Positions 52,445-63,729 of a DNA stretch of 64,000 nucleotides are shown piece after piece (position 1 is the stretch's first letter; every line of letters begins with the position of its first letter). The stretch spans positions 14,974,053 through 15,038,052 of the forward strand of contig JAGFMF010011380.1 in the NCBI GenBank assembly GCA_019455555.1. Reading direction: 5' to 3'. Position numbers and translations under genes: made by a program. The notes beneath the pieces are model-generated. The model saw only the letters and a list, made by a program, of their open reading frames with translations. It was not told the origin of the DNA and searched no databases. This stretch comes from Galemys pyrenaicus (taxonomy: Eukaryota).

Positions 52445-53099
52445 CTAAAGCGGAAAGAAACCAAAAGAAAAAGTTGATATTTCTTCAGACAAACTTCACA
52501 TCCAGAAACAAACAGCTACACTATATTTTTAAGAGACATGAAATCTTTAAGATTCCAAAGTGAAAATGTTTTTATATTTGAATAAGGCAATATACTGTGA
52601 TTTATTCTTGATTTTATGAAAAAGATACAAATGACAAAAGCTTATAAAATTTGTATGTTAAAATTATCCCGACAAATCTTTAGGATCAGAATTTACATGT
52701 ATGTATATATGTGTGTGTATATATATGTAGCATGAACATTAGAAATGTTCATAACCAGTTAACTTTGCTTAATCCAGCCATAGGAAAAAAACCTAAATTT
52801 GTTAAAAAGTCAGGTTTCAAGAACATTTTTGATGATTTAAAATTAGTGTATTTTACCATATAGTTTATATTCAAAATGTTACTACTAAGACATCACAATG
52901 AGGAAAATCTAAGGCACAGAAATGAATCATGTAGCTTTTTATTGAAGAAGTTCTTCATAATTTTATAATTATAAGCCTGATTTCCAAAATTGGTTTACTT
53001 AATTATAACAAATATACTTTCTTAAAACAGCAATTCAAAAATAAAGTGTTTTTGACTAGAAGAATGAACTTTTCAGTAATGAATTACAGAAAATCTTAC

Positions 53100-53227
53100 C
53101 AGAAAAACAGGAAGTTGGAATTTATCATTTAAAACTACGGCTTGTACACTACATGGTCCACAGAGTCTAGCAATAACTTCTTTACCCAAAAAGTTTGCAT
53201 GAAAAATAAACAGCAGGATCCCAGAGC
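53100..53227 (-). CDS. MPHOSPH8: MPHOSPH8 coding exon: (G)SGILLFIFHANFLGKEVIARLCGPCSVQAVVLNDKFQLPVFL
   Basis: Minus-strand acceptor cctttattcag|GCTCTGGG (phase 2, G+GC=Gly) and donor TTTCTG|gtaagat. It is 128 nt and ends in phase 0. Confidence 0.85.
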
Positions 53228-53510
53228 CTGAATAAAGGAAATGTAAATATGGATTTCAATGCCAATATTAACACAGTCAGTTTGCAGAACACTAAGAGAG
53301 AGTGTTGTATAAGAGGAAGTGCCCTGGGCAAGCCTAGGTGCTATGCACTCTGTGGGTGCCCACCAAACATCAAAAGTTACTAGTATTACATTTTTCAAAC
53401 CAGAGAACCATTCTGTTTTTGTGTACCTGCTTATACTGAGAGTCCAATATCAAGTCCACTAAACATTAAGATACTACATAAATGGACGTCTTTTAACTGG
53501 CAGGACTTTT

Positions 53511-53790
53511 CTTTCTTTTTTAAAAGATTTGTTTTTATTTATGCATACAAGAACTGGTGTACAGGCCAGAGGTGTAGGGGGGTAGGGGGTGAGAGGATTT
53601 ACCAGAGACACAGTGGGGAACAGAACAGGCAAACTGACTGAAATACACTGCTGAGGAGAGTAGTGGGTGAGACAGGAGAGGTCTGCTGCACCATGTGGAT
53701 TACCTCCCTGGCTGGGGATTGAACTCTTGCAGTGGCCGCAAACAGCTTCACAGTGCTGTGACTTAACCCCTTGTACCATGAGGGAGGACC
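53511..53790 (-). mobile_element. tRNA-derived SINE copy in an MPHOSPH8 intron
   Basis: TSD aggacttt(t) at 53502-53510 and 53792-53799. Confidence 0.8.
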
Positions 53791-54227
53791 TAGGACTTTA
53801 TTTTTTTTAAAAAATTTTCATTATTGAATACATGTTCTTTTTAAAAAATGGGCGGGGTTCCAACAAAACAAAAGAACCAGAGCCCAGCCTCCTGCTTTCA
53901 GTGAAATCTGGAAAAAAGGAGGTGTTTCCATCTCCTGCTTTAGCAATTTACTATGGGACATTTATTTTTTATTTTTATTTAATGAAAATCAGTACACTTA
54001 AGACCCAACTTCAGAAGCAAGTATTAACACATTTCTATGAGCCCTGAGTCACCTGTGATGGTGGTTATGAGGTGAGTCTCTCTTTCCTGCCAAGGTAGCT
54101 TTGCTAATTATTTTATGTAATTACTACACATGATGGAATTTTCTTAATGTTGTGGTCAAAGAAAGAGAACAGTTTAACAATCAGTAAATATTAACTGTCA
54201 CATTTCAAACTGAAAAAATACACTTAC

Positions 54228-54382
54228 CATCTGGTATGTTCTGTGGGGGTTTGTAATTGAAATCTGTTGAAAAATCTGGCCCTTCACAAAGACGATGGCA
54301 TGCTATTGGAAAAACTGGTTCTAGTAGAGCAAGACGTGCTTCAAAGTAATCCCTTATTGTTTCTTCTGCGACTCTTGAAAGT
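54228..54382 (-). CDS. MPHOSPH8: MPHOSPH8 coding exon: (T)LSRVAEETIRDYFEARLALLEPVFPIACHRLCEGPDFSTDFNYKPPQNIPD + 1 nt
   Basis: Minus-strand acceptor ttttgttttag|ACTTTCAAG and donor CCAGATG|gtaagt. It matches ORF 54205-54405(-) and the conserved MPP8 C-terminal region. Confidence 0.9.
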
Positions 54383-54425
54383 CTAAAACAAAAGCAGAGT
54401 AACAATTGTTAATATTATGTGGAAA

Positions 54426-54701
54426 GGGCTCTCCCCTGGTGGCCCAGTGGGTTAAGCAACACACTATGAAGTAGAACACAGACACTTCAGCACAAGTTCA
54501 ATCCCTGCCGCCGGCCAGAGAGGTGACCCACATGGCGCGGCAGACCTCTCCTGCCTTGCCCACTGCTACCCTCAGCAGTGTTTCGGTCGATCTGCCTGTT
54601 CTGTTCCCCATTCTGTCTTGTGGACCCTCGCACTTCTGGCCTGTACCCCAGTTCTTATATCAATAAAAAAATAAATCTTAAAAAAAAAAAAACCCAAAAA
54701 A
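54426..54701 (+). mobile_element. tRNA-derived SINE copy in an MPHOSPH8 intron, 45 bp from the 3' splice site of exon 54228-54382
   Basis: TSD (c)tatgtggaaa at 54416-54425 and 54702-54712. The head is ggctctcccctggtggcccagtgggttaagcaacacactatgaag. Confidence 0.85.
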
Positions 54702-56601
54702 CTATGTGGAAAAACGTGATGAGTCATAAAATCATTCATCTACTGAATACCAGCAAGGCCTTCCCAGATCAACCTCATCCTGCCACCCTGATCTAATTTT
54801 CTTTAATATTCTGCATATGACATGCCACATGTCATATTACTGTCTCTCTGCATGTGGGAATTTAGAATCCCAAGAGTAAGTCCTTCTCCCAGGTGCTATT
54901 TCCATCTCCCCATCTTTGAATAGTGTCTAGCATAGAGATGATGTTTGCGTTGACAGAAATGAGTCAAAAATGAGAATTCTATTAAAATACAAACTTAAGA
55001 ATTACCATACACAAAAGTCATGCATTTAGTTTGGAAGTCAAATAAATGATAACTGTTAATTCAGAAAGTATTTTTAAAGCATCTTGATAGGAGCTAAAAG
55101 GAAACAAACTCAATAGAATGCCTGGGATGTTCTGGTTCTAACTTTACGAGGTCAGCATTCCAGGAACCCCTCAATCTCAGGCTAACCTTGAAGGTCACCT
55201 TACTTAGTGTCTGTAACTATTACCTTATGTGAATAGACTGAGAGAAGTTGGCTTTCCAGGATTTCTTGCAGCCATGAACCTGGGAAGAGTTTATAGTTGG
55301 GTGAGGCTTGCAGCAAAGGCTGGCATGGTGAGCAGACTAATTAGGCACATGCGCCTTGTTTTGCCTTTGTCATTTTCATCTTATGCCCAAAATTTACCTT
55401 ACTTTCTGTTTAGAATATAGATTTTATACCTGGAATTGGACTAAACCACTTGCAGGTGTATAGACCCAAGTTATAACCTAAGTATGCAGACAAGGAAGAG
55501 TGGTTCTTCTTGGTCAAGGCTGCTTATTTGGACTCCCTGTTAGAAATAATAATACCTTACTTGTGTTAGCTACAGTGAGGGAAGTTTTTCTTACGTGTTG
55601 CCAAAAGAACTTTGTAGTTATAAAAAACTACTAAATTATTTTGTTAATTGTGAACTTCCAATAAAATTAAATGATTTAGAATTTTGATGAAAAAGAATGA
55701 ATCTCAATAGTTGGAGAAAGGGTCCTACATTCAGACAATGGAATATTACTTAATACTAAAAAGAAATAAGCAATCAAGTCATGAAAAGACATGAGAACCT
55801 TAAATGCATATTGCAAAATAAAAAGTCTGAAAAAAGTAAATAGACTATCTGAGTTTGAACTATGTGGATGCAATAATAAACAGATTTTTTTTCCTTCTCC
55901 TTGGGTTCTGCATACACAAATTCAAACTGCAAATGTCAGCTGGCTGAATCTGCAAATGTGGAAACTTCTGTAGATATGCATACAGAGGGATTTTACATCT
56001 TCAGATTTGGGCATGGAGTGTTCTGAAACCAAGGAATGACTAAGTTTTAGGAGAGTCAAGAATTATATACAGATTTTCTACTAGGGAGATGGAGGGATGT
56101 TAAGTTTCCCTAACCCCATACTGTTTCAAGGGTCAGCTGTACTACATGGTTTCAACTCTAATGACAATCTGAAAAAGGGAAAACTATGAAGACAGAAGAA
56201 AGATGAGTGGTTGCCAGCATGAAAGGTTGGAGGACAGGAGATCTGTAAGGCAGCTGAAAACATTGCATAATGCTATAATGATGGGTACATGCCAAAACCC
56301 CTAAATGTATAACACCAAGAGAGAACCTTAGTATAAACTATGGACTTTGGGTATTTTTCAACATAAGTTCACTAGTAAGAAATGTATCACTCTGATGAGG
56401 GACAATGATTCTGGGAGAAAAACTGTGCTTGCATAGAGACTGGAAATACATGGGAATTTTCACTCAATTCAGACGCCTCAATTTCACTGTGAACCTAAAA
56501 CTCCTCTGTAATGTCTATTAAGAAAAAGAACTGAAGTTTAAATGGATGAAGAAAAATTTTATAAGCCAAATAAGGAGCTTAACTATAAGATTATAACTGT
56601 A

Positions 56602-56876
56602 GGGCCTCCCTGGTGGCGCAGTGGGTTAAGCAACGCACTATGAAGCAAACAGCAGCCACTGCAGCACGAGTTCGATCCCTGCTGCCGGCCAGGGAGGGGA
56701 CCCACATGGTGCGGCAGACCTCTCCTGCTGTGCCCGCTGCTCCCCTCAGTAGTGTACTTCTGTTGATCTGCCTGCTCTGCTTCCTGCTCTCTGTGGTGAA
56801 TCCTCTCACCCCCCACACCTCTTGCCTGTACCCCAGCTCTTGTATGCATAAATAAATAAATCTTTAAAAAAAAAAA
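56602..56876 (+). mobile_element. tRNA-derived SINE copy, youngest-looking and near-consensus, in an MPHOSPH8 intron
   Basis: Perfect 9-10 bp TSD (g)ataactgta at 56593-56601 and 56877-56886. It has an intact A box TGGCGCAGTGG and B box GAGTTCGATCCC. The tail is tgtatgcataaataaataaatcttt(a)16. Confidence 0.9.
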
Positions 56877-57095
56877 GATAACTGTAAATTTGAAATATTC
56901 TAAGACCTCAATAATTTGCACAAAAATAATTCATATGCTATTTATTAAATTCATGCTAGCAGAAACACATTAGGACTTCTACTTGATAATCATTTTTGAG
57001 CAGTTATACATATGCCATTCTAATTATTAGATGTTCAAATAAAGATATACATTAGACTTTGTGACTTAACATTTGTACAGTCACTTCAAACTTAC

Positions 57096-57250
57096 GTTTC
57101 TAAATGACTCTTCAGCAAGTCGTACACCAACACATTGTTGCACTGCTTTGCAAAATGCAGTGCACTATTTTGGTGTTTTGACAAAATATTGCAGTCAGCT
57201 CCACATTCAATAACTAGTCGTACGATGTCCGAATTTCCTCTTTTACAGGC
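57096..57250 (-). CDS. MPHOSPH8: MPHOSPH8 coding exon: ACKRGNSDIVRLVIECGADCNILSKHQNSALHFAKQCNNVLVYDLLKSHLE + 2 nt
   Basis: Minus-strand acceptor cctgatctag|GCCTGT and donor GAAAC|gtaagt. The 155-nt length leaves phase 2, which is completed by the next exon (AC+A=Thr). Confidence 0.9.
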
Positions 57251-59656
57251 CTAGATCAGGAAAAAAAGTCATTTATTAACTATAAAATAAGGTAAATACC
57301 AATTAGTGTTTGTCTCTTTCTCTGCATATGTACGTAAGAGTTTATGTAGAAGTGGGGATAAAGCCTGGTCACCCCAGGTATGAGACTCAGGCAAATCAGA
57401 TAAAGGGAAGCAGTGTGCTCCACTCTTCAGTGAACAGTATAGCAATCTGTCTACATTGAATTAATTTCTTCTCTGACTGATTCTTCAGAAGAGAACAATG
57501 GTGAAAGACACCTCTGTCCCAAGACAAGAAACTCTAGATCCTTCTAAGTTCTCTCATGCTCCACTCTGTTGATCCACTTCAGTTTCGTAGCAGAGGCACA
57601 CAAATGATAAAGGGGGCCCTATCTCAGAGAGGTTAGTGCTGGGAATCTCTGAAGTAACTCAGCATCACAAAATAATTTCAAACTTTTCCTTTAAACGAGG
57701 CTAAGAAGTGAAAATATGAATTCAGTAAATCAAAGATGGATACATCACCTCTCAGCCCAGTGGTTCTCATCAGGGGCAATTTTGCTAAGGGAATTTAGGC
57801 AACATTTGGAGACATTTTCTGCTTGTCATTTCCACTATGTTTTCCCCATACTCATAGTTACTAATGGCCAATTTTGTAGACTATCTCTGAGATGAAAAGA
57901 TTGTATCTTGTTTCAATTTCTGAAAATCTTTCCTCGTATACAATTCTTTGAATCCCAACACCTGGTAAAACTGACTTAATAAACTAAATACACTAAAATC
58001 TTAAAGCTATTCAACACTACGTTATGTGAACCTAATAAATGAAATGAATGGTAAATGCACGCAGTGTAATTCGGACACTAGTTAAACATGCACTCAGCTC
58101 CTCTCTTGGTGGTAGTAACAAAGTTCATTCCCTCAGGTACTGCCACCTTCTCAGCAAGGGCTCCTGAAGTACCTGTAGCTAAGCATCTACGTCTTCACCC
58201 CTGCAGGCTTACACTGGCTTCCAACCTAGCACTAAAGACTTCTGGACCAGGGCGCCACATCTCTTCGGCACAAACTCCCAGGGACACCTTTTCAGCCCAC
58301 TGTTGGTTTTTGTCCAGTGATACTCCAGCCAGATGCTCCCTGAATAGCTCTTCCACTAGCTCTCTCCTGCTCTTCCTCTGGCTTCCCCTGGTCTTTTTTA
58401 TGCAGCCTCCTCCAGCTCTACTGGTAGCCTTTCCCCCTTTTCCAACTCTCAATGGGTGACTCTTTCAAAGTTATGGCTAGAACCACTGTTGCCTACGAGT
58501 GACCCCCAATCTGAATCTGCAGCTCACACTGCCCTCCTAAGTGGAAGGCACACACGAAACATTTCTGGGTCAGATGCCATGTGTAAAAGCCTAATGATTT
58601 ATCTCCCACTCACTGCTGCACTGTCCACATTCCCTAACTTATGAAATGGGACTCCCAAGCATCACCTTCAATTACCAAGATCTGTGAGTGCTACTGCCTT
58701 GAAAAGTCAAATCACTTCCATCTCCACTATTACCACAGGAACTTCTATTATTTCACTTAACCTTAAAAACCTGCCTGCAAGTCTGCAATCTGCCTGTCTT
58801 TTTAACCAACCTATTTCCCTACTGCACAAAGGTACATTAAAAACAACAAAAACAAAGCTTTATTCTAACTTTTCCCACTTAAAAGACCTTTTAATAGCTC
58901 CTAACTACTCTCAGGATAAATTTCTAATTCTAAGATATGGAAAGTGTGTGTGTCTACTCCCCCTCTCTGCTTTACACTATCTATGCTATGCTATTCAGGA
59001 TACATCTGGTGACTTCTCAGTAAGATTTTACATTCAAGCTCTGAGGTGCCACCTGTGCTCTGAACTTAGGGCAATAATAGAAATGCAGAGGAACATAAAA
59101 ATTCAAAAGGAAAACTCCAGAACAAAATAAACATTTCTGTGATCCAAAAATGACACAGTAACACAAAGCAGTAAGCAAGGTTTAAACTGAAGTATGGAAG
59201 AAGGTTAAGGGGGCTGGCAACCCAGGCCTTCAGAGTAACAGATTCAGGAGTTGACTGAGGGCCAGCCCCACTGCTAATCAAGGGCTTCAACTGTGTTCCC
59301 TTCCTGACTCAAGAAAGAAGGTTGGGAAACAAAATCAACCCACCTGCACTCAAGGGTTAGCACCTGCTGTGTCCTGACAGCATCTAAGCAGGAACCTGAA
59401 ACTACCATGGGAATGTGCTTGCCTGGTCTAGGCCCCAAGGGAGGTTAAAGCCAAAACTGCTACACAGGAAAGGGCATGCAAATGCAGCTTTAACAAACTT
59501 CCATTCAAAATATACTTGCAAGCTGAAGTTCCAAACACACATGATGAAATCAGAGATGGAGGCAATGGATTACCAATATAAAGTAATAATATAAAATAAT
59601 AACGAAAGCACAGGTTTCTGACATCTCTGGCTAGTTCCTACAATTCTTATGTCTCA

Positions 59657-59696
59657 CTAACTTGCGTGCTGCTCTGCTAACTTGCGTGCTGTTCTC
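59657..59696. repeat. 2 x 20-bp tandem duplication ctaacttgcgtgctg(c/t)tct(g/c) in an MPHOSPH8 intron
   Basis: Read directly from the sequence. Confidence 0.8.
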
Positions 59697-59928
59697 AGGA
59701 CACAGCTTAGCTACCCAACTCATCCATCCTCAAACTTGGCTCCAAGTCAGATTCTGTGTGATCCCACAGTTTTAATTGGTTCTTTGTTGACTGATTTCTC
59801 CTACTCATCTGTGACCTTAGGTCCAGAGACTGCCTTGTCCAGGCCCAGGAGAGTGCTTGGCAAGTGGAGTTCCAACATGAGTATCTATTGAGAGACCAAG
59901 GTACTGAGGGGTCCATAGAGATATTTAC

Positions 59929-60015
59929 CTTCATCAGCGCTGTCTCACCATTGCTCTGCTGGACATTTACGAAAGCTCCCGCTTCCAAAAGAATAGCCAC
60001 TGTAGTTAAAAAGTT
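59929..60015 (-). CDS. MPHOSPH8: MPHOSPH8 coding exon: NFLTTVAILLEAGAFVNVQQSNGETALMK
   Basis: Minus-strand acceptor ctgtaatag|AACTTT and donor ATGAAG|gtaaat. It is 87 nt, phase 0, and lies within ORF 59707-60000(-). Confidence 0.9.
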
Positions 60016-60255
60016 CTATTACAGAAAAAAAACAAAGCAAAAATAATTCCCAAAGCAACTTAGATACTTTCAGATGTTTTAAAATTTTGAGCCATCAGGA
60101 AAAGTACTCAGATTGCATTCTATGTAGGCTGCTGAACATACTAGTGCAGGGTGCCTAAAGTCTAGGGCTGCTGGGAGGCCCCACAACCCAGACACCCACT
60201 ACAGACATACCCTGTTTTTCCAGCAAATTCGATCTGATATTTAACCACTGTTTTC

Positions 60256-60545
60256 CCTTTTTTAAAAGATTTTTTTTTTTACTTACGCATACAGGAACTC
60301 GGGTTTAGGCCAGAGATTGGGGTGTGTGTGTGCGCGTGTGTGAGAAGATTCACCAGAGACAGAGTGGGGAGCAAAGCAGGTGGATTTACTGAAATACACT
60401 GCTGAGGGGAGCAGTGGGGGTAACAGGAGAGGTCCATTGCACCGTGTGGGTTAGCTCCCTGGCCAGGGATTGAACTCATACGGCAGTGGCTGGTGACAGC
60501 TTGATAGTGATGCAACTTTAAACCCTGTGCCACTAGGGAGGCCCC
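60256..60545 (-). mobile_element. tRNA-derived SINE copy in an MPHOSPH8 intron
   Basis: 14-bp TSD taaccactgttttc at 60242-60255 and 60546-60559. There is an internal (GT)n/GC expansion gtgtgtgtgtgcgcgtgtgtgag. Confidence 0.85.
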
Positions 60546-60935
60546 TAACCACTGTTTTCAATACCAGAACCTCTATAATTCTCTCAAAAGATACCATATG
60601 GAACTATTTTAATTAAATTACTACCCAAAAGAAACACTTCATCTCATTTGGAAAAGATTTTTAAATCCCCAGCAGGTGAAATAAGTAGCTTATTAATTAG
60701 ATGTCATTTTCCAATAAATATCACTTTCACCTAGATACATCACATTTTGACAATTCAAACAAAGTACTCCTGTTGATTAAAAACAATCCATTCATGACAA
60801 GTCCCATGAAATAAAATTAAACATGAAATTATGAATTAGGTGAATGTCACAAGATTTAGTAACAGAAGTAGATTCTAAGTCCATGGGCAGGAATTCACAC
60901 GAGACTCTGAAACCAAAGCACTTTGAGTCACCAAC

Positions 60936-61076
60936 CTTTTCAGCTGCATGAATGAGGGCTGTGGTCCCATTCTTCTGCCTCCCATTCACCTTTGCACCTT
61001 TCCTGAGCAGGAGCCTGAGCAGGTCGTCCTGCCCTCCCGCTGCGGCGAGCATCACCAGAGTCATTCCGCTGGAGTC
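60936..61076 (-). CDS. MPHOSPH8: MPHOSPH8 coding exon: DSSGMTLVMLAAAGGQDDLLRLLLRKGAKVNGRQKNGTTALIHAAEK
   Basis: Minus-strand acceptor ccaatgaag|GACTCC and donor GAAAAG|gttggt. It is 141 nt, phase 0, with canonical ankyrin-repeat sequence. It lies within six-frame ORF 60792-61100(-). Confidence 0.9.
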
Positions 61077-61437
61077 CTTCATTGGATGTAAGAAAAACAT
61101 GCAAATGTTTAATCAGAAAAATAAAGAACTAATTGTTCCCACCTAGGAAATCTCAATGTGTGATCGCTTTAGTACAATGACAGAAGCATCCACTCAGGTC
61201 TTTTACCTAATTATCCAAATGTACAAGCAGAAACCAGTAACATTTTCAATTGTTTTCCCACATATTGTTACCAACCTTCACATATTAAGTTCAAAAGTCT
61301 CATCAATACTTCTTATGTGATAAAAGATGAACAGAGAATCCTGATCTTATGTATTTGACAAAAGTATTTATTTACTTATCTCTCATTATGATTATTTCAC
61401 ATGCAAAAATCTCTGTGGGTTCTAGATAAAAGAGTTG

Positions 61438-61717
61438 TGCCTCCCTGGTGGCACAGTGGTTTAAGCAATGCACTATGAAGCAAACTACTGCCACTGTACC
61501 ACGAGTTCGATCCCTGCCACCAGCCAGGGAGGGGGCCCAGATGGCGTAGCGGATCTCTCCTGCCTCGCCCGCTGCTCCCCTCAGCAGTGTGTTTCAGTCG
61601 ACTGTCTGCCTGTTCTGCTCCCCACTCTGTCTCTGGTGAATCCTTTCACCTCCCTCGACTCTGGCCTGTACCCCAGCCCTTATCTGCATAAATAAATCTT
61701 TAAAAAAAAAAAAAAAA
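61438..61717 (+). mobile_element. tRNA-derived SINE copy in an MPHOSPH8 intron
   Basis: TSD aaaagagttg at 61428-61437 and 61714-61723, with an A17 tail. Confidence 0.85.
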
Positions 61718-62177
61718 GAGTTGACACTCATACATTAATTGTGCTCACTTAATCTCAAGATATGTATGAGCCCATTCTATCAATGATGAAATAAAATGAA
61801 TGCTGTACAGATTAAATATTGCCCTATTTAAACCGATGAGAAGCAAGAGTTTGGTGGGTCTTCAGCAAAAGAAGACCATTCAGAAGGAGGAAACAGAAAG
61901 TTAACATGATTCGTTTCAAAGAGAACCTGACAAAATGAGAAAAGCTGTGACTAGAGAGAAAATGACCTAAAGTTGACAAAAAATAAAAAATTTTAGCTAA
62001 AATATTTTAAATTGCTAGTTGAAACATATCAAGTAAAATAGACAAATTCATTTAATTTGAAGGAGTTAATTTGAATATAATATGAAAGTAAATAGTCTCA
62101 GGGAATACAAAGTTAGTGAAATTTGGTCTGGCAAATTGGTCTGCCAAACTCAAGACAATCTACTAAGACTGAAATAA

Positions 62178-62448
62178 GGGTCCTCCTGGTGGCCCAAGGG
62201 GTTAAGGCACAGCACTAAGCAGCTATCCACAGTCACTGCAGCACAAGGTCAATCCTTGGCCAGGGAGGTAACTCACATGGCACAGCAGACCTTTCCTGTC
62301 TTGCCCACTGCTCCTCTCAGCAGTGTGTTTCAGTCAATCTACTTGTTCTGTTCCCCACTCTGTCTCTGGTGAATTCTCTTGCCCACCCCTGTATTTCTAG
62401 CCTGTACCCCAGTTCTTGTATGCAAAAATAAATAAACCTTTAAAGAAA
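62178..62448 (+). mobile_element. tRNA-derived SINE copy, diverged, in an MPHOSPH8 intron
   Basis: TSD aagactgaa at 62165-62173 and 62449-62457. The head is gggtcctcctggtggcccaaggggttaaggcacagcactaagc. Confidence 0.75.
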
Positions 62449-62940
62449 AAAGACTGAAGTAAGATGGTATAAAGGCACTCTTTCTCATCTGTTAAGTGTC
62501 TTATTTATTACTATAAAACACATTAAACAAAAAGAACTTTTTCTACTTTATAAAGCTTCCTACAGCTATGATGCTTTGTAATAAAGATCAAGGTACCTAA
62601 GACGCATCTGATAAAATCCACATTCCATACCTGATAAAAATACAAGCAGTCAAAAAACAAAGATAAAGGGTATCTGAAAGAAACCAACAGTTGGACAAAT
62701 GAGATCCTCACCCTGAGACCTGAGAGGAAACATTTCCGTACAAATCAGGAATGGTACAGGATCACTCCTACCATCACCACTGCTCATGTATCACCAATTT
62801 CACAAAGCCAGAAAAAGAATGTAATTGGGAAAAAGGAAACAAAATAGTTAAATGATGATCAAAAATCTCTACCCAGAAAATCCAAGGCCAGAAACTTAAA
62901 AACTATCAGAGTAAGAGATGTCATAAAGTGACTGGTGATC

Positions 62941-62979
62941 TCTCTCTCTCACTCACTCACTCACTCACTCACTCACTCA

Positions 62980-63015
<36 letters not shown>
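62941..63015. repeat. Compound microsatellite (CT)5(CACT)9(CA)16
   Basis: ctctctctctcactcactcactcactcactcactcactcactcacacacacacacacacacacacacacacacac. Confidence 0.95.
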
Positions 63016-63017
<2 letters not shown>

Positions 63018-63562
63018 CCATAGAGAAATCAACAGCTTTATCCTATACATGCAGTAAGTAGACAGAAATCAAAATGTGCAGTTATCTGTGGAGAAGAGCC
63101 TAATGATCAGAGTAAGATAAGAAATTACAAAATATGTAAGAAGGCATAAAAAATATTCCAGACCTATTTGAAGAAAAAAAAATCCATAAAATTTTCCTTA
63201 AGGGAATAAATGAAGAGCTGATGAATAGTTATATTCGTAGATGGAAGACTCAAAATGTAAAAATGTTATTAGTTCTCAGCCAAATTAATACATTTCATGC
63301 AATTTTAATCCAACGATTTTTGGAAGTTACTTCTAAAGGATTAAAAATTCCAAACTAAAGCACGAAAACTAAAGAAAGAAATACAGTCTTTTTACCAATG
63401 CAAGAAACCAAAGAGCCATTAAAGGAAAAGAGTCACAGATCAGACTACCCCCCAAAAAAACTCAGAACACAAAATTTAATTGAAGAAAAATTTAATTCCT
63501 TTAAAAGCTATGAGAGCTACTTTCCACTTTTCTTTCATGAGTCTTTTTCAAAGAAAAATTAC

Positions 63563-63651
63563 CTCTTGGTCCAGGTTATAGTCTTCATTTGAATTAAGTG
63601 CTACTTTCACAGTAATATAATCTCCATTTTTCACAGCATCCCTTAGTAAAT
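63563..63651 (-). CDS. MPHOSPH8: MPHOSPH8 coding exon: (N)LLRDAVKNGDYITVKVALNSNEDYNLDQE (first ankyrin repeat)
   Basis: Minus-strand acceptor cttcattttag|ATTTACTAAGG (phase 1) and donor CAAGAG|gtaatt. The ankyrin-repeat motif GDYITVKVAL is characteristic of MPP8. Confidence 0.85.
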
Positions 63652-63729
63652 CTAAAATGAAGACGAGATAAATTTGGTTTAACATATCCAGATTCATGAG
63701 AAGGACCCTCACAGTTCCAAAACTACTTA

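Noticed and set aside
58088-59130. Overlapping ORFs on both strands (123 aa +, 85 aa -, 148 aa +) in an MPHOSPH8 intron
   Set aside because: They are S/P/L-rich and low complexity, with no splice-site or homology support. The region looks like an old interspersed repeat, and the ORF length is modest for GC-neutral sequence.
14738-62448. tRNA-like heads of SINE copies as possible tRNA genes
   Set aside because: A/B boxes are present, but the sequences continue into SINE bodies and lack a foldable acceptor stem and 3' end. They are SINE promoters, not tRNA genes.
14738-62448. Regularly recurring about 270-bp repeats as a CRISPR-like array
   Set aside because: This is eukaryotic DNA. The repeats are in both orientations, irregularly spaced and are retrotransposons with TSDs and poly(A) tails.
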